From assembly GCF_009914755.1 (NCBI RefSeq), contig NC_060932.1: a stretch of DNA of 64,000 nucleotides; one strand, 5' to 3'. This document shows positions 46,180-59,297 of this stretch, piece by piece. The stretch comes from the human T2T-CHM13v2.0 reference genome, Homo sapiens. The position numbers and the translations under genes are program-made. The notes beneath the pieces are model-generated. The model was not told the DNA's origin, ran no database searches, and saw only the letters and a program-made list of their open reading frames with translations. How positions within the stretch are numbered: position 1 is the stretch's first letter; the number at the start of each line of letters is the position of its first letter.

Positions 46180-48150
46180 ATTTTCCCCAGAGGAAGTATT
46201 GCAACCAGTTTATCTACTCTGCAAGAGATTTTCTATACACATACCGCAAATACATACATACATATATATAATTTTTACACAAATGGTAGTATATTAGTCT
46301 GCTAGAGCTGTTGTAACAAAATACCACAGACTGGGTGACTTACAAGACAGAAGTCTATTTTCTTATAGTTCTGGAGGTTAGAAGTCAAAGATCAACGTGT
46401 AGGCGTATTTGGCTTCTCTGAGGCTTCTCCCCTCGGCTTGCAGAATACTGCCTTTGCACCTCACATGGTTACCCCTTTGTTTGTGTGAATAGTCTACATC
46501 TGAATTTACTCTTCTTGTAAGGACACCAGTCATAATGGATTAGGGTACACTCATATGACTTCATGTTACCTTAATTATCTCTTCAAAGGCTGTATTTTCA
46601 AATCCAGTCACATTCTAATGTACTGGGGTTTAGGACTTTAACATACTAATTTGGGGGAAACATAATTCAGCTCATAAAAGGTAGTTTGTCATAAATGTAG
46701 TTATCGTCTTATTTCCTTCCTTAATAAATATATCTTAAAGATCTTCAGTGTCTTAAAACACATCAAGTTCTGCCTAATTCTTTTTAATAATGACATTTAT
46801 TATATAAATGTGACATAACATTCTTAACCATTCCCTTAATGATGAAAATATATTTTCTTCAAAGTTTTTGCAATATTAAAAGACAATTCCATGACTAATA
46901 TTACACATAGGCCATTTTACATATGTGTGGATACTTATGTAGGATGTATTCTCTATTGAGGAATATGAATAAGGGCAAAAAACAAGGATATTTTTAAAAC
47001 ATTTTTCTAACTAGTGCTAAATTGCCTTCCATAAAGAGGTACCAATTCATACTTTTATTAAGAAGTATGAAAATGACTTTGTGTAATCAAACTGATAGTT
47101 GCCAAATATTTAGGGAAAAACTATATCATCTCATAATTTTAATTTAGCATTTCCCTTATTGATGAAATGTATGGTGTCTTTTCATATGTTTAACATATTT
47201 AAGAGCCAAATATTTACTTTTCATTTTCTGTGAACTGTCTTATCATATACTTCACAAATTTCATAATGTTTATAGATATTTTCTTATTAATTTGGTATAT
47301 GTATTTACATATTAGGGAAATCGATACACTATGATATGAGCAAATGTTTCCCCATTTATCCCTTTTCTTGAATTTGCTTGCTTTTTTTCTTTCAAGCAGA
47401 AATATTATATTCTAGTATAGTTGAATTTATCAATATACTAGTCTGAGGCTTCTGAAATTTTGTGCAATACTTCAATGGCCTTTCTCATTCTGAGATTATA
47501 AAAGAACGGTACATGTTTTGTTGCTTTGTTTTGTTTTCCCATAACACTTTATGGTTGGTTTTTCACCTGTAATTCTTTGACCCATATGGAATTTATTGTG
47601 TATTAAGTAGGAATTCAAATTTGTTTATTTTTTCCAAATGACTAGCTGATAGGCCCAGTTTAATTTACTTATTAATCCATACTTTCTTACTTCATTGAAA
47701 TGCTTTCTTTATCAAATGAAAAAAAATGCCTCATGGATTTAGATGGATTTCTGAATTTTGTATTCTGCTTTATCTAGTTATAAATACATACCATTCTGTT
47801 TTTATATTGTTAGCTTTATAATGTGGTTTAACAATTTACAAAGGTAGTCCTATTCATTATTTTTCTAGAATTATTATTTATATTTTACCAGCTAATTAAT
47901 AATATTAATATTGAGAGAACTGATTTCATTTTATTGTTGGTTTTATTTTTCCTTTTGCTCCTTTTTGGTGATGTTGGGTTTTTCTATTCAAGGCTAAAGC
48001 AGAACTTTCCATTTGTTTAAATCTTCTTTTGTGTCTTTCATAATTTTAAAGTTTTCTTCTTATGGATGATGCTCATTTCTTGTTAAGCTTCTCTTTGGTA
48101 TTTCAGCATTTTGCTGCTGCTATCATTTCTTTTTTGTTTCTCCGATTGTA
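46180..48150 (-). mobile_element. L1ME-type 3' region split by MLT1A
   Basis: ttttacacaaatggtag; aattgccttccataaagaggtaccaattcatac; ctttgacccatatggaatttattg. Confidence 0.7.
46290..46679 (-). mobile_element. MLT1A-like solo LTR
   Basis: tatattagtctgctagagctgttgtaacaaaataccacagactgggtg...cataattcagctcataaaa; 5-bp TSD ggtag at 46285-46289 and 46680-46684. Confidence 0.9.
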
Positions 48151-48999
48151 TTTTATAAATGGATTGCTACTTGCATCAACTAGTTTTTAAAACAGTACTC
48201 AGTATATTTTATTATGGTTCTCAAAGCATTTTGGTATTTTTTGTAATGTGTGTGTGTTTATATGTACACATATTGATATATAAAGAGATTTTATCTTACT
48301 TTTTTGCTATAGCATTTTGCATAATGCTGTGTCAATGCAGACATTGTAAAATGATACTTAACAGTGCTTTTCTACCTAGTTATACTTCAGAAAAACTGAG
48401 ATTTTATATGAAAAATAATGGCTTTATTACTACTCTTTCAATTCCATGATCCATGATCTTACTGTTATTTAAAAAGAAAGCATTTCATGATATATTATTA
48501 CTGCTGGTTTGCCTCAGAGTAAAATCATAAATAAATATGAAAATAAAAGCATACAATCTTAAAAATGACTTAGGATAATTGAGTTCTGTAACACCTTTGG
48601 CAAAACAACAAAACTAGAACATCACAACAAGAAATTGTCCAGTTTTCTTGCGAAAATTATTTTAAAAATCATTTTATTTTTATTTACATAAAAATACAAA
48701 TGATTATAACATGAAGTGCCCCTAATCTGTTATTTGTTTGTGATTGGTAACCTCATAAAGAGAGAATTTGTTCCTAGAGCTTATTCATTGACTGGAATAT
48801 TCTTTGTGTGGATATTTATGTACAATTTCTCATTCTGGGACTTGTCATGGTGATTAATGACATATTATAAGAATAAGCACATTGAATAAATGAACACTTT
48901 TACCCTGAGGAGATCATGAAAGATATGAGACTAACTCATCTTAGCAGAAATTTTGGTTGCAAATAAGCAAATAACTTTATCACAATAACAGCTATAATA

Positions 49000-49250
49000 C
49001 CTCATTAGATAGTGTCTCTTGCCCTGTGAATCTTTATTATATCATTATTCCTTCCACACTTATAATCAGTGTGATATAATTCATTTTTATTTGTTTTCTG
49101 ATTTTGTATACTTGCTATTTTTTTCTGTCCAGGAGACTATTATCTTCTGCTCCTAACCTACCCACTCAATATCACTTTCCCCGTTCATCAGCTCCTAGTG
49201 CTTAGAATGGTTCTGGGCACATCGTGACAAGAAATTAATATTTGTTTAAA
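49000..49250 (+). mobile_element. L2 3' end
   Basis: cctagtgcttagaatggttctgggcacat...aatatttgtt. Confidence 0.5.
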
Positions 49251-49677
49251 AATTTTAGCTTTAATTGAATTAATTAATTAATTAAAAGGGATAATCACCT
49301 GAGGTGCTTTGGGAGGTAAGAAAAGGAGTGGATTATATAACAATAATCTCTTGAGATCTTTAGACCTTTTCCTCCTGTATTATTTCTACCTTCATAAAAG
49401 TATGACATTTGCACTTATAGTATTAATGGTTATGGGGAAACAAAACCTCCAGAGACTCTCAAAGAAAAAATGTCTTCACATTTACTGCTGGTATTATTCA
49501 CTACAATCATACAATAAATTAGGATTTCTATCTTAAAACTATAATCTGGCCTCTGCTGTAAGACAGCAACTAAAAGAGGAAAATAAAACTGGAAAAACAC
49601 AAACAAGCAAATAGCTGTGATAGGAATAGAAGAAGAAGAATTTTATGCAACAAGGTTTTAAGGAGCCAAGATTCCAG

Positions 49678-49732
49678 AAAGAAGAAGAAGAAGAAGGAGA
49701 AGGAGAAGAAGAAGAAGAAGAAAGAAGAAGAA
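49678..49732. repeat. Interrupted (GAA)n tract
   Basis: gaagaagaagaagaaggagaaggagaagaagaagaagaagaaagaagaagaa. Confidence 0.95.
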
Positions 49733-51105
49733 GGTGTTTAAAGTCAGTCCTATATTCCCTGCTTCCTTTCCCTTGAGGGGGTTTCCAATTCCTGAACTGC
49801 ATCAAGAAAAAAGCTGAAAAGACCAGCAGAAAGGTAGTTTTAAAATTTAGCAATTAGATGAAGAGGAAAGGAAATGGGGAATCAGAGGCCACTGAGAAGG
49901 TAAATACCCCAGATTCCAGCTAATTCTCTGAAAGGCTACACCTTAGGAGTTGGAGCACTGGTTCTACAGCAGCCTCACCAGGACTAGAAACTTTGAATTG
50001 ATTAAAGAGATCAGCATTTATTTTCACTGATTACAAGAAGAAAAGCAAATTCTCTCTGGAAGAAGATAGTCTAATCTGAGCTTCACACAGTGTCAAGACC
50101 AAAAGACTGAAAATAAAAAGGAAAAATGAACAACAGAAACAGATTGACACATAATCTGGATGTTGGAAATAGCAGAAACAGACTTGAACATAACAGTTTC
50201 ATAGACTACCATTCTCTGGTAAAATATTGCACTTTTTCATCTGAATTTTACCAAAAAACTGGAATTAATTCTTTTAAAAAAGTATCAAATGCTTATTTTA
50301 GTACTGAAAAATTTGCTAATTGAAATTAAGAATGTAACAAATAGTTTAAACAGCAGAATAGGCACAGAGTTTGTGAACTGGGAGACAGATGAGCGGAAAA
50401 TATCCATACATAAGCATAGCAAAAGAAAATAATAAATATATGAAAAAGAAAATCAAAACCACATGAGATACAGAGACAAACTGTAATACATGAATAAGTA
50501 GAATTCCAAATAGAGAGAAGAATGAAGTATAAGCAATAACTAAAGAAATACTAGCTGACAACTTTCCAAAACTGAAGATATCAAACTACAAATTCAAGAA
50601 GTATTATGAAACTCAAGTAGGATAAAGGAAAACATACCGAAACATTTATAAAATGCTGAAAACCAAACACAAGCAACCAGACTTAAAAGCATCCAGAAGA
50701 AAACTGTTAAAAGGAGCAAAAATAAGACTGCCAACTAACGTTTCAAACAAAGGATGAAAGCCAGAGGAAAATAAAATGTCATCATAAACGTGGTGAAAGA
50801 AAATAACTGCCAACCCCAAAATCTATACCCAGCCAAGATAGTCTTCAATTAAAAAAAAGATAAAATAAAATAAACACATTTTCACACAAACAAAAACTGA
50901 GAGAACTTTTTGCCACCTGATAGACTAAAATATATGATAGACTCTTTTTACAAAGAAGAAAAATCATCCCAGTTAGAATCACAGAAAAGCAAGAAGAAAT
51001 GCAAATTAATGAAACAAATTAAATATTATAAATTTAAATGAGTACCAGTTGTATAAAACAATGATACTAATGTCTTATAAAACATAAAATATATGCAATA
51101 GATAA

Positions 51106-52030
51106 TGTTGATATCCCATCTGAGAGCCCATGGACTACCTGACTTCCCATGAAGATGTTGACAATTCCTCACAATAACAACCTTTCTACCTCCCGTGCCC
51201 TTTTCTCTTCCCTGCTTGGATCCTCTCTTTAGCATCAGTGAAGTTCAGTTTGAGTGACTATACACAGATCTGTCCAGAAGTTCAGGAACATAATGCCCTG
51301 GGGCAAACCTCAATGGCATAAAATGTAAGTCAGTGGATAAATCCCCCAGCCTCCTCAGCAGTTTGTGGAAAGATTCTGTGATGTGTTTCACAGAGAGATC
51401 CTGAATTAGTTTTCTAGGAATGCTGTAACAAATTACTATGAACTTGTTGGATTAAAACAATAAAAATATATTGTCTCATAGTTGTGGATGGAAGTTGGAG
51501 GTTTGAAATAAGGGTGTCAACATAGTCAAGCTCCCTGTGAATGTTCATGAAAGAATTATGCCTTGCCTTCTCTAGCTTTTGGTATCTTCAGATGTTCCTT
51601 GCCTTGAGGTTTCATCATTCCAATCTCTGCCTCCATCTTCACATGGCCTTTTCCTCTTCAGTGTCTGTGTTTTCTCCTACGTCTTAAAGGACTTGTCATT
51701 AGATTTAGGGTACACCCTAATCCACGATAATCTCCTTATCTCAAGATTATTAAATTAATTATATTTGCAAAGACCTTATTTCCCACTAAGGTGACATTCA
51801 CAGGCTCTTGGGGTAAGAACATGGACATATCTTCTTGGGGGTCACCACTTAACATACTACAACCTCTAACACTAACTCAAACCTGTGACCTGGTCATTAA
51901 AATATTCTTTACTGGCTTTTCTTCAATTTCTCTTTGATGACATTCTTTCTGGGATTACTTTCCAAATAAATTCTCTGAACTCTAATTCTTGCCTCAGAAA
52001 CTGTTTTGTGGGGAAACCAAACTAAGGCTG
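51106..52030 (+). mobile_element. LTR16-like (ERVL) LTR split by MLT1
   Basis: gccctggggcaaacctcaa...gtggataaatcccccagcctcc; 3' ctgggattactttccaaataaa...tggggaaaccaaactaagg. Confidence 0.7.
51402..51861 (-). mobile_element. MLT1B/C-like LTR
   Basis: tgaattagttttctaggaatgctgtaacaaattac...gcaaagaccttatttcccactaaggtgacattcacagg...catactaca. Confidence 0.85.
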
Positions 52031-52744
52031 AAATAAGGTGCAATAAATTACATAAAAACAACAGCACAAAAGATTTGAGAAGGTAAACTGACATAAAATA
52101 GTGAAAGCTTTTTCATTATCTGGGATGTTGGGAAAGTACTAATTTATAGTAATCTATAATAAGTCACGAATGAATGTTCCGATCTTCAGGATAACCACTA
52201 AAGTAAAAAGTAAAAGAACATATAACCAAGAGTAAATACAGGAGAAAATAAGAACAAAGGAGTCTTGATATTTCTAAAAGAAGACAAAGAAGAAGGGAAA
52301 AAAGAATCAAGAAGATATGGAAAACTAGAAATTAAGTAGGAAGACGTAGATTTCAACAAAAATATTTCATTAAATATATCAAATGTCAATATGTTTAATA
52401 CTCTAATTAAAAGATAGATACGGCTATGGTGGTTAAAAAACAAATCCAAATATATGTTGCCTTCTAGAGACACACCTTAAAAGGATACCCTGAGGTAATG
52501 TTTACTCTAAGCAAGCTAGTAGAACTATACTAAGCATACAAAGTAGATAGGCTAGCATCATTGCTAGAGACAAAAAGGAGGCTTTCAAAGTGATAAAATA
52601 TCGATCCACTAGGAAGTACAATTCTGAATTTTTATAAATCTAATAATATAATCCCAAGAAGCATAAGCCCCAAACTGCTGAAACTAAGGGGAGAAATAGA
52701 GAAATCCAAAAAAGAGAAAGACTGTAACTCATGTCTCTTAGCAA

Positions 52745-54153
52745 TACAGTAACCAAAATGGCATGATACTGGTACATGAACAGACACATAGAACAATGGG
52801 ACAGAATAGGGAGCCCAGAAATAATGCCGAACGTCTACAACCATCTGATCTTTGACAAAGCTGACAAAAACAAGGAATAGGGAAAGAACTCATTCAATAA
52901 ATGGTACTGGGATAACTGGCTAGCCATATGCAGAAGAATGAAACTAGATGTCTACTGTACACCACATACAAAAATCAACTCAAGATGGATTAAAGACTTA
53001 AATATAAAACCTAAAACAATAAAAACTTTGGAAAATAATCCATGCCATTCTGGACTTGGACCTTTGCAAAGATTTCATGATGGAAATGCCAAAAGCCACT
53101 GCAACAAAAACAAAAATTGACAAATAGGATCTAATTAAATTAAAGAGCCTGTGAACAACAAGAGAAGCTATCAACAGAGTAAAGAGACAACCTACAGAAT
53201 GGGAAAAATATATGCAAACTATGCATCCGATAAAGGTCTAATATTCAGAATCTAGAAGGAACTTCAACAAATTTACAAGCACAAAATAAACAACTCCACT
53301 AAAAAGTGAGCAAATGACATGACCATACATTTTACAAAAGAAGACATACATGTGACCAATAAGCTTATGAAAAAATGCTCAACATCACTAATCATTAGAG
53401 AAATGCAAATCAAAACCACAATTGATGTCTCATGCCAGTCAGAATGGCTATTATTAAAATGTCAAAAAAAATAACAGATGCTGGTGAGGTTGTGGAGAAA
53501 AGGGAATGCTCATACACTGTTGGTGGGAGTGCAAATTATTTCAGCCATTGTGGGAAGCAGTTTAGTGATTTCTCAAAGAACTTAAAACAGAATTACCATT
53601 CAACCTAGCAATCCTATTTTGGGGTATGCACTTAAAGGAATGTAAGTTATTCTACCATAAAAACACAGGTGTGCATATGTTCATTGCAGCTGTATTTGTA
53701 ATAGCAAAGACATGGAATTGACTTAAATGCCCATCAATGGTAGATGGGATAAAGAAAATGTGGTACATATACACCATGGAATATTACACAGTCATGAAAA
53801 AGAAGGATATTATGTCCTTTGCAGCAATATGGATAAAGCTAGAGGCCGTTATCCTAAGCCAACTAACAACAGGAACAGAAAACTAAATAATGCATGCACT
53901 CACTTACAAGTGAAAGTTAAATAATGAGAACACATGGATACTAGGAGGAGAATAACAGACACTGAGGCCTCCTTGAGGGTGGAGAGGGGGAGGGTGGGTG
54001 GAGGAAGAGGATCAGAAAAAATATCCGTCAGTTAATATGCTTATTACCTGAGTGATGAAATTATTTGTACAACAAACCCGTGTGACATGCAATTTACCTA
54101 TGTAAGAAACCTGCACATGTACCCCTGCCTGTACCTAAAATAAAAGCTAAAAA
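52745..54153 (+). mobile_element. 5'-truncated L1PA15/16-like
   Basis: acagtaaccaaaatggcatg...gaggatcagaaaaaat...tgtgacatgcaatttacc...cctaaaataaaag. Confidence 0.92.
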
Positions 54154-55001
54154 CAGAAAATGAGCAGATTGACAACATCAGCAATGATGTAGAAGATCTA
54201 AACATGATTCTTCACTCTTACCCCACTGCTATATAAAGAGGAAATCCCTTTCTTTTCAAGAACAAATGGGACATTTGCCATAATTAATCACATTCTGTTC
54301 CACTAATTCCCAAATGTTTAGGAATTAATTAACACTCTTCTAGTTTACAAGTGACAGAAATTATGAAAGCAAAGTTTAGAATATATTTTGAAAAAAATAA
54401 CAAAGTACAAAACATCATATCATGTGGGAGGCAGCTAAAGCTTTTCTAAAGGAAAGTATATAGACCTAAATCTGTTAGAATAAAGGCTGAAAATCATGAA
54501 GCTAAGCATTCATTTCAAGAAGTTAAAGAGAGAAAATTCAACAAAGTTGAAGAAGATAAATAATAGTAATAATAACAGAGAATGATAAAATAGAAAACAA
54601 AAGTATATAGAAAATCTCAACAAAAACAAAAAAATTATCTTTAGAAACAATCTATTTCTTCTATACTTTTTAACAGCGTTCTTAGATTCTTGAATTGAAA
54701 CAACTGCTAACACTTCAAAAGATAAAATATATGTGTAATAAAATGTGTTCAATTTCTATTTTACCAAGCAAGGACATTAGAAAAAAATAGATTACCATTT
54801 TCACTTGCCATCAATTTTATCAAAGAAACAGCTTTTGTAACACACCCAAAATAGAAAGAATGTATTCTGAGAATAAAGAATAGCCCTTTGAGAAAATAAG
54901 TAAATTTATGAAAAACTCACTACATTGCCCAAATTGTTATTATTTTATTACAGATTAGAAAAACAATCTTTGTCAGAAACTCATCAGTAGTTTGTATATA
55001 C

Positions 55002-55786
55002 TGATATGGGAGTTGGGCAGGGAAATGCTGGGAAGGGAAAGACATGGTTCCTGGGGAGGGCTCCACCCCTGGACCTGTGCCCACAGACCTAGGTGAGGAC
55101 AGGCATTTCTGTTTTCGTGCCCAAATGTTGCATTTCACAAGATCACTCTAGCCCACCACACCCACATCTTGTGCCTGTAAAAACCTTGAGACCCTAGCGG
55201 GCATGCACACAACCAGCTGGACTGCGAGAGGAACGCACCGGCGTAAGAGCACACCAACAGGTACTAGCAGATGCCAGCAGGCCATCAACCAGCAGAACAA
55301 TGTGGAGTTTGGCTGGGCCAGTCAAAGGAGAGCCCGGCAGCTGAGCTGCCCAATACCGGAGGAAAACCACCTTCCCACCTCACCTCCCTTCTGGCTCCCC
55401 ATCCATCTGCTGAGAGCTACTTCCATTCAATAAAACCTTGCACTCATTCTCCAAGCCCATGTGTATCCAATTATTACAGTACACCAAGGCAAGAACCCAG
55501 GATACAGAAAGCCCTCTGTCCTTGAGATAAAGTTGAGGGTCTAACTGAGCTGGTTAACACAAGCTGCCTACAGATGGCAAAACTGAAAGAGCACCCTGTA
55601 ACACACACACACTGGGGCTTCAGGAGTTGCAAACATTCACCCATAGATGCTGCAGTGGGGTCGGAGCCCCACAACATGCCTGCCTGCATGCTTCCTCTAG
55701 AGGTTTGAGAAGCGGGGCACTGAAGAAGAGAGCCATACCCCCGTCACATACCCTGTGAGGGGGATAAGGGAACTTTTCCTGTTTCA
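55002..55786 (+). mobile_element. LTR1-family (HUERS-P2, ERV1) solo LTR
   Basis: TG...CA termini (tgatatggg...cctgtttca); gacctaggtgaggacaggcatttctg; aataaa at ~55429; 4-bp TSD atac at 54998-55001 and 55787-55790. Confidence 0.9.
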
Positions 55787-57254
55787 ATACTACTCTCCTG
55801 ATATTCTTCTCTATCAGAAACTATTAGCTCATTAAACTGTTCGTATTTTGTAATGTAAGTAATCTCATTATTCTAACTAAATTATAGGCACACAGTGCAA
55901 AACTGATTGTTTTTTCTAATTTCATACAGGATTTTAATTTCTGTAATGAAATCTTAACAACTCCCTTGCCTGGAATTTTTAGTTTCGGGGGCCTATTTCT
56001 CTGTTTTATACCTAGAACTCAAGAAAAGCTATTATTCTGATTCCTGCCGTTGAGTAATAAACCCTTACCTCCCCGCAATTGAGTCCAGCCTTTCTTTCCC
56101 TATAGTCCTTCTCTTTCTTTTCCCCACAGCAAAATTGCGGTGCTTTCCAAAGTTACTGGGGTTTTATCTGTTTCTTTCAAAATCTTTATTTCCCTTGCAT
56201 TTATATATGTGTTATGTGTGTGTGTGTGTGCATAGAATGTAAAAGTTTTGTATTATGTGTTTGTGACTTTTTATATAAACGATATCACACTGTGATCACT
56301 CATTCTGAATTCATTGAACCAAAACGTTTCTGAGATACATTTAAATGGGACAATATTGACCATTACATGTTTGTTTTTCCTTTTCAGAAGTTGCCTTACA
56401 AAGCAGTTATCTTAGACCTTTCTTATCATATGTCTAAACTTTTTGTTTTCAACCAGCAAAATGCATAATATGATAAACTTAAATGCTCTATCAGAATAAG
56501 AAACTAGTCTTATCTGAAGAGGGAGGAACATTTCAGAAGTGACATCTCTCTAGAAAGTATAATGTTTTTCTCTAACTGCACTGTTTAAACAAGAGGACTG
56601 CCATCCATCTTAATCATGAAAAAAATGTTTTCATAATTACTCTAGTCACTTGTCATTCACCTGCCTCGGTTTAATAAACTTGCCTGAAAAATAAAGTGCT
56701 TCATTCTGAGATTTGTGATGTGGTTTAAAGTCCCTACAGTCTCACGAGTGGTGTTTAAACAGCCCAAATTAAAATGTAATCACTTGAGAACTAGATTAAA
56801 TTATGTATCACCAGTTTCTCTTCTTCAAAGTTCCAAACTCATGTTGTCTTTGAAATTGAGTATTAAATTGCCCCTGGTGGTACTGAGTCCTTCTTATCAT
56901 TTATCAATTTATATGGGTATCCTGTAAGTTTTTGAAAAAAATCACACTTACCGAATTAATTTTTTGAGAAGTACCAGAGCTTTGCTCTGAATAGAAAACC
57001 AAGATTTTTTCTTTTTTTTCCTAAATAAAGGTTTTATTTTAGTATGAGAAAGACAAGAAAATTACATTTACTAGCCACTCCACTCACATTCTGCATGGCA
57101 ACAGGATATTTTCATATCTTTATCTTATATTATTTAATCATCAGTATGAGACAAGTACAGGAATAACTCAGTTTATTGCACTTGGCTTTATTGTGCTTCA
57201 TAAATGCTGCTTTTTTTGTCTTTCAAATGGAAGGTTGATGACAACCCTGCATCC

Positions 57255-57333
57255 ACCCTCACCACCCCAGTGTGTGAAAAAAATTGTCTTCCACAAAACT
57301 GGTCCCTAGTGCCAAAAAGGTTGGGAACTGCTA
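57255..57333 (+). mobile_element. MER1 (hAT-Charlie) 3' fragment inside Tigger1
   Basis: gaaaaaaattgtcttccacaaaactggtccctagtgccaaaaaggttgggaactgct matches the MER1 terminus. Confidence 0.85.
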
Positions 57334-57551
57334 TGTTATAGTATCTGTCAGCAGTGGTCTTAGATTTTACTATTGTAATTGTTTGATGGTGTCATGAACG
57401 CATCCACATAAGACAGTGAACTTAACTGGTAAGTGTGTGTGCTCTGACTGCTCCACCCACTGGCCATTTCCTCACCTCTCTCCCTCTCCTCAGGTCTCCC
57501 TATTCCCTGAGACACAATGATCTTGAAATTAGGACAATCGATAACCCTAAG

Positions 57552-59297
57552 ATGGCCTCTAAGTGTTCAAGTGAAAGAAAGACTTACACATCTCTCACTT
57601 TAAATCAGAAGCTAGAAATGATTAGGCTTAGTAAGGAAGTCATGTTGAAAGCCAACATAGGCTGAAAGCTAGGTGTCTTGCACTAAACAGCCAAGTTGTA
57701 AATGGAAACGAAAACTTCTTGAAGGCATTTGAAAGTGCTATTCCAGTGAACACACAAATGACAAAATAGCAAAACAGGTTTATTGCTGATATGGAGAAAG
57801 TTTGAGTGTTATGGATAGAAATCAAACCTGTCACATCATTATCTTAAGTCAAAGCCTAATCCAGATCAAGGCCCTAACTTTCTTCAATTCTATCATATGA
57901 AAGCTGAGAGAGTTAAAGAAACTGCAGAAGAAAAGATGGAAGCTAGCATAGGTTGGTGCATGAGGTTTAAGAAAATAAGCCATCCCCATTACATACAAAT
58001 ACAAGGTAAAGTGGCAAGGGCTGGTGTAGAAGCTACAGCAAGTTATCGAGAGATCTAGCTAAGATCACTGATGAAGGTGGCTACCCTAAGCAACAGATTT
58101 TCGATGTAGATGAAACAGCCTTCTACTGGAAGAAGATGTCATCTAAAACTTTCATGGTTGGAGAAGAGACGTCAATACCTGGCTTCAAAGCTTCAAAGGA
58201 CAGGCTGACTCTCTTGTGAGGCACTATGCAGCTGCTGACTTTAAGCTGAAGCCAATGCTCATTTACTATTCTGGAAATTCTAGGGCCATTAAGTATGATG
58301 CTAAATCTATTCTGCCTGTGCTCAATAAACGAAACAGCAAATCCTGGATGACAGCACATCTGTTTAGACATGGTTTACTGAATATTTTAAGCCCACTGTT
58401 GAGACCTACTGCTCAGAAAAAAGATTTCTTTCAACTTTCACACTATTACTGTTCATTGACAATGCATCTGATCATCCAAGAACTCTAATGGGGAGTACAA
58501 GGAGATGAATATTTTCATGCCTGTTAACACAACATCCATTCTGCAGCCCATGGATCAAGGAGTAATTTTGACTTTCAAGTCTTATTATTTAAAAAATACA
58601 TTTTGGAAGGTTATAGCTGGAAAAAAGTGTGATACCTCTGATGAATTCTGGGAAAGTAAATTGAAAACCTTCTGAAAAGGAGTCACCATTTTAGACACCA
58701 TTAAGAAGAGTTATGAATCATGGGAGGTAAAAATATCTATATTAACAGAAGTTTGGAAGACATTGATTCCAATTTTCATGGATGACTTTGAGAGGTTAAG
58801 ACTTCAGTGGAGCAAGAAACTGCAAATATTAGGGAAATAGCAAGAGAACTGGGACTAGAAGTGGAGCCTAAAGATGTGACAAAATTGTTACAGTCTTGCA
58901 ATAAAACTTTAATGGATGAAGACTTGTTTCTTATTAATAAGCAAAGAAAATGTTTTCTTGAGACAGAATCTACTGGTGAATACACTATGAACATTGTTGA
59001 AATGACACCAAAGGATTTAGAATACTACATAAACTTAGTTGATAAACAGTGGCAGGGTTTGAACAGATTGAAACCAATTTTGAAATAAATTCTATCAAAT
59101 AGCATCAGATGTTACAAATAAATCTTTCATGAAACAAAGAGTCAATAGATGTGGTAAACTTCATTGTTTACTTATTTTAAGCAATTACTACAGACCCTCT
59201 AACCTTCAGCACCCTGAGCAGTCAGCAGCTATCAACATTGAAACAAGACCCTCCACCAGCAAAAAGATGACTGCCTGAAGGCTTAGATGATTGTTAG
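57552..59297 (+). pseudogene. Tigger1 pogo-type DDE transposase pseudogene
   Basis: MASKCSSERKTYTSLTLNQKLEMIRLS; [14 protein letters not shown]; FKLKPMLIY; LQPMDQG; many stops and frameshifts. Confidence 0.9.

Larger units (their letters stand above)
49520..54640 (+). mobile_element. Old L1ME/HAL1-like element (5' region, ORF1, EN) fragmented by later insertions
   Basis: A-rich L1 ORF1-like text 50090-51100; EN-like atatgttgccttctagagacacacct at 52450; resumes after 54155. Confidence 0.6.

Noticed and set aside
53977-53998. Canonical G4 motif
   Set aside because: Normal G-rich tract of the L1 3'UTR
57552-59297. TIGD1 or other domesticated transposase gene
   Set aside because: Multiple stops and frameshifts, with TIRs and TA TSD; an ordinary decayed Tigger1
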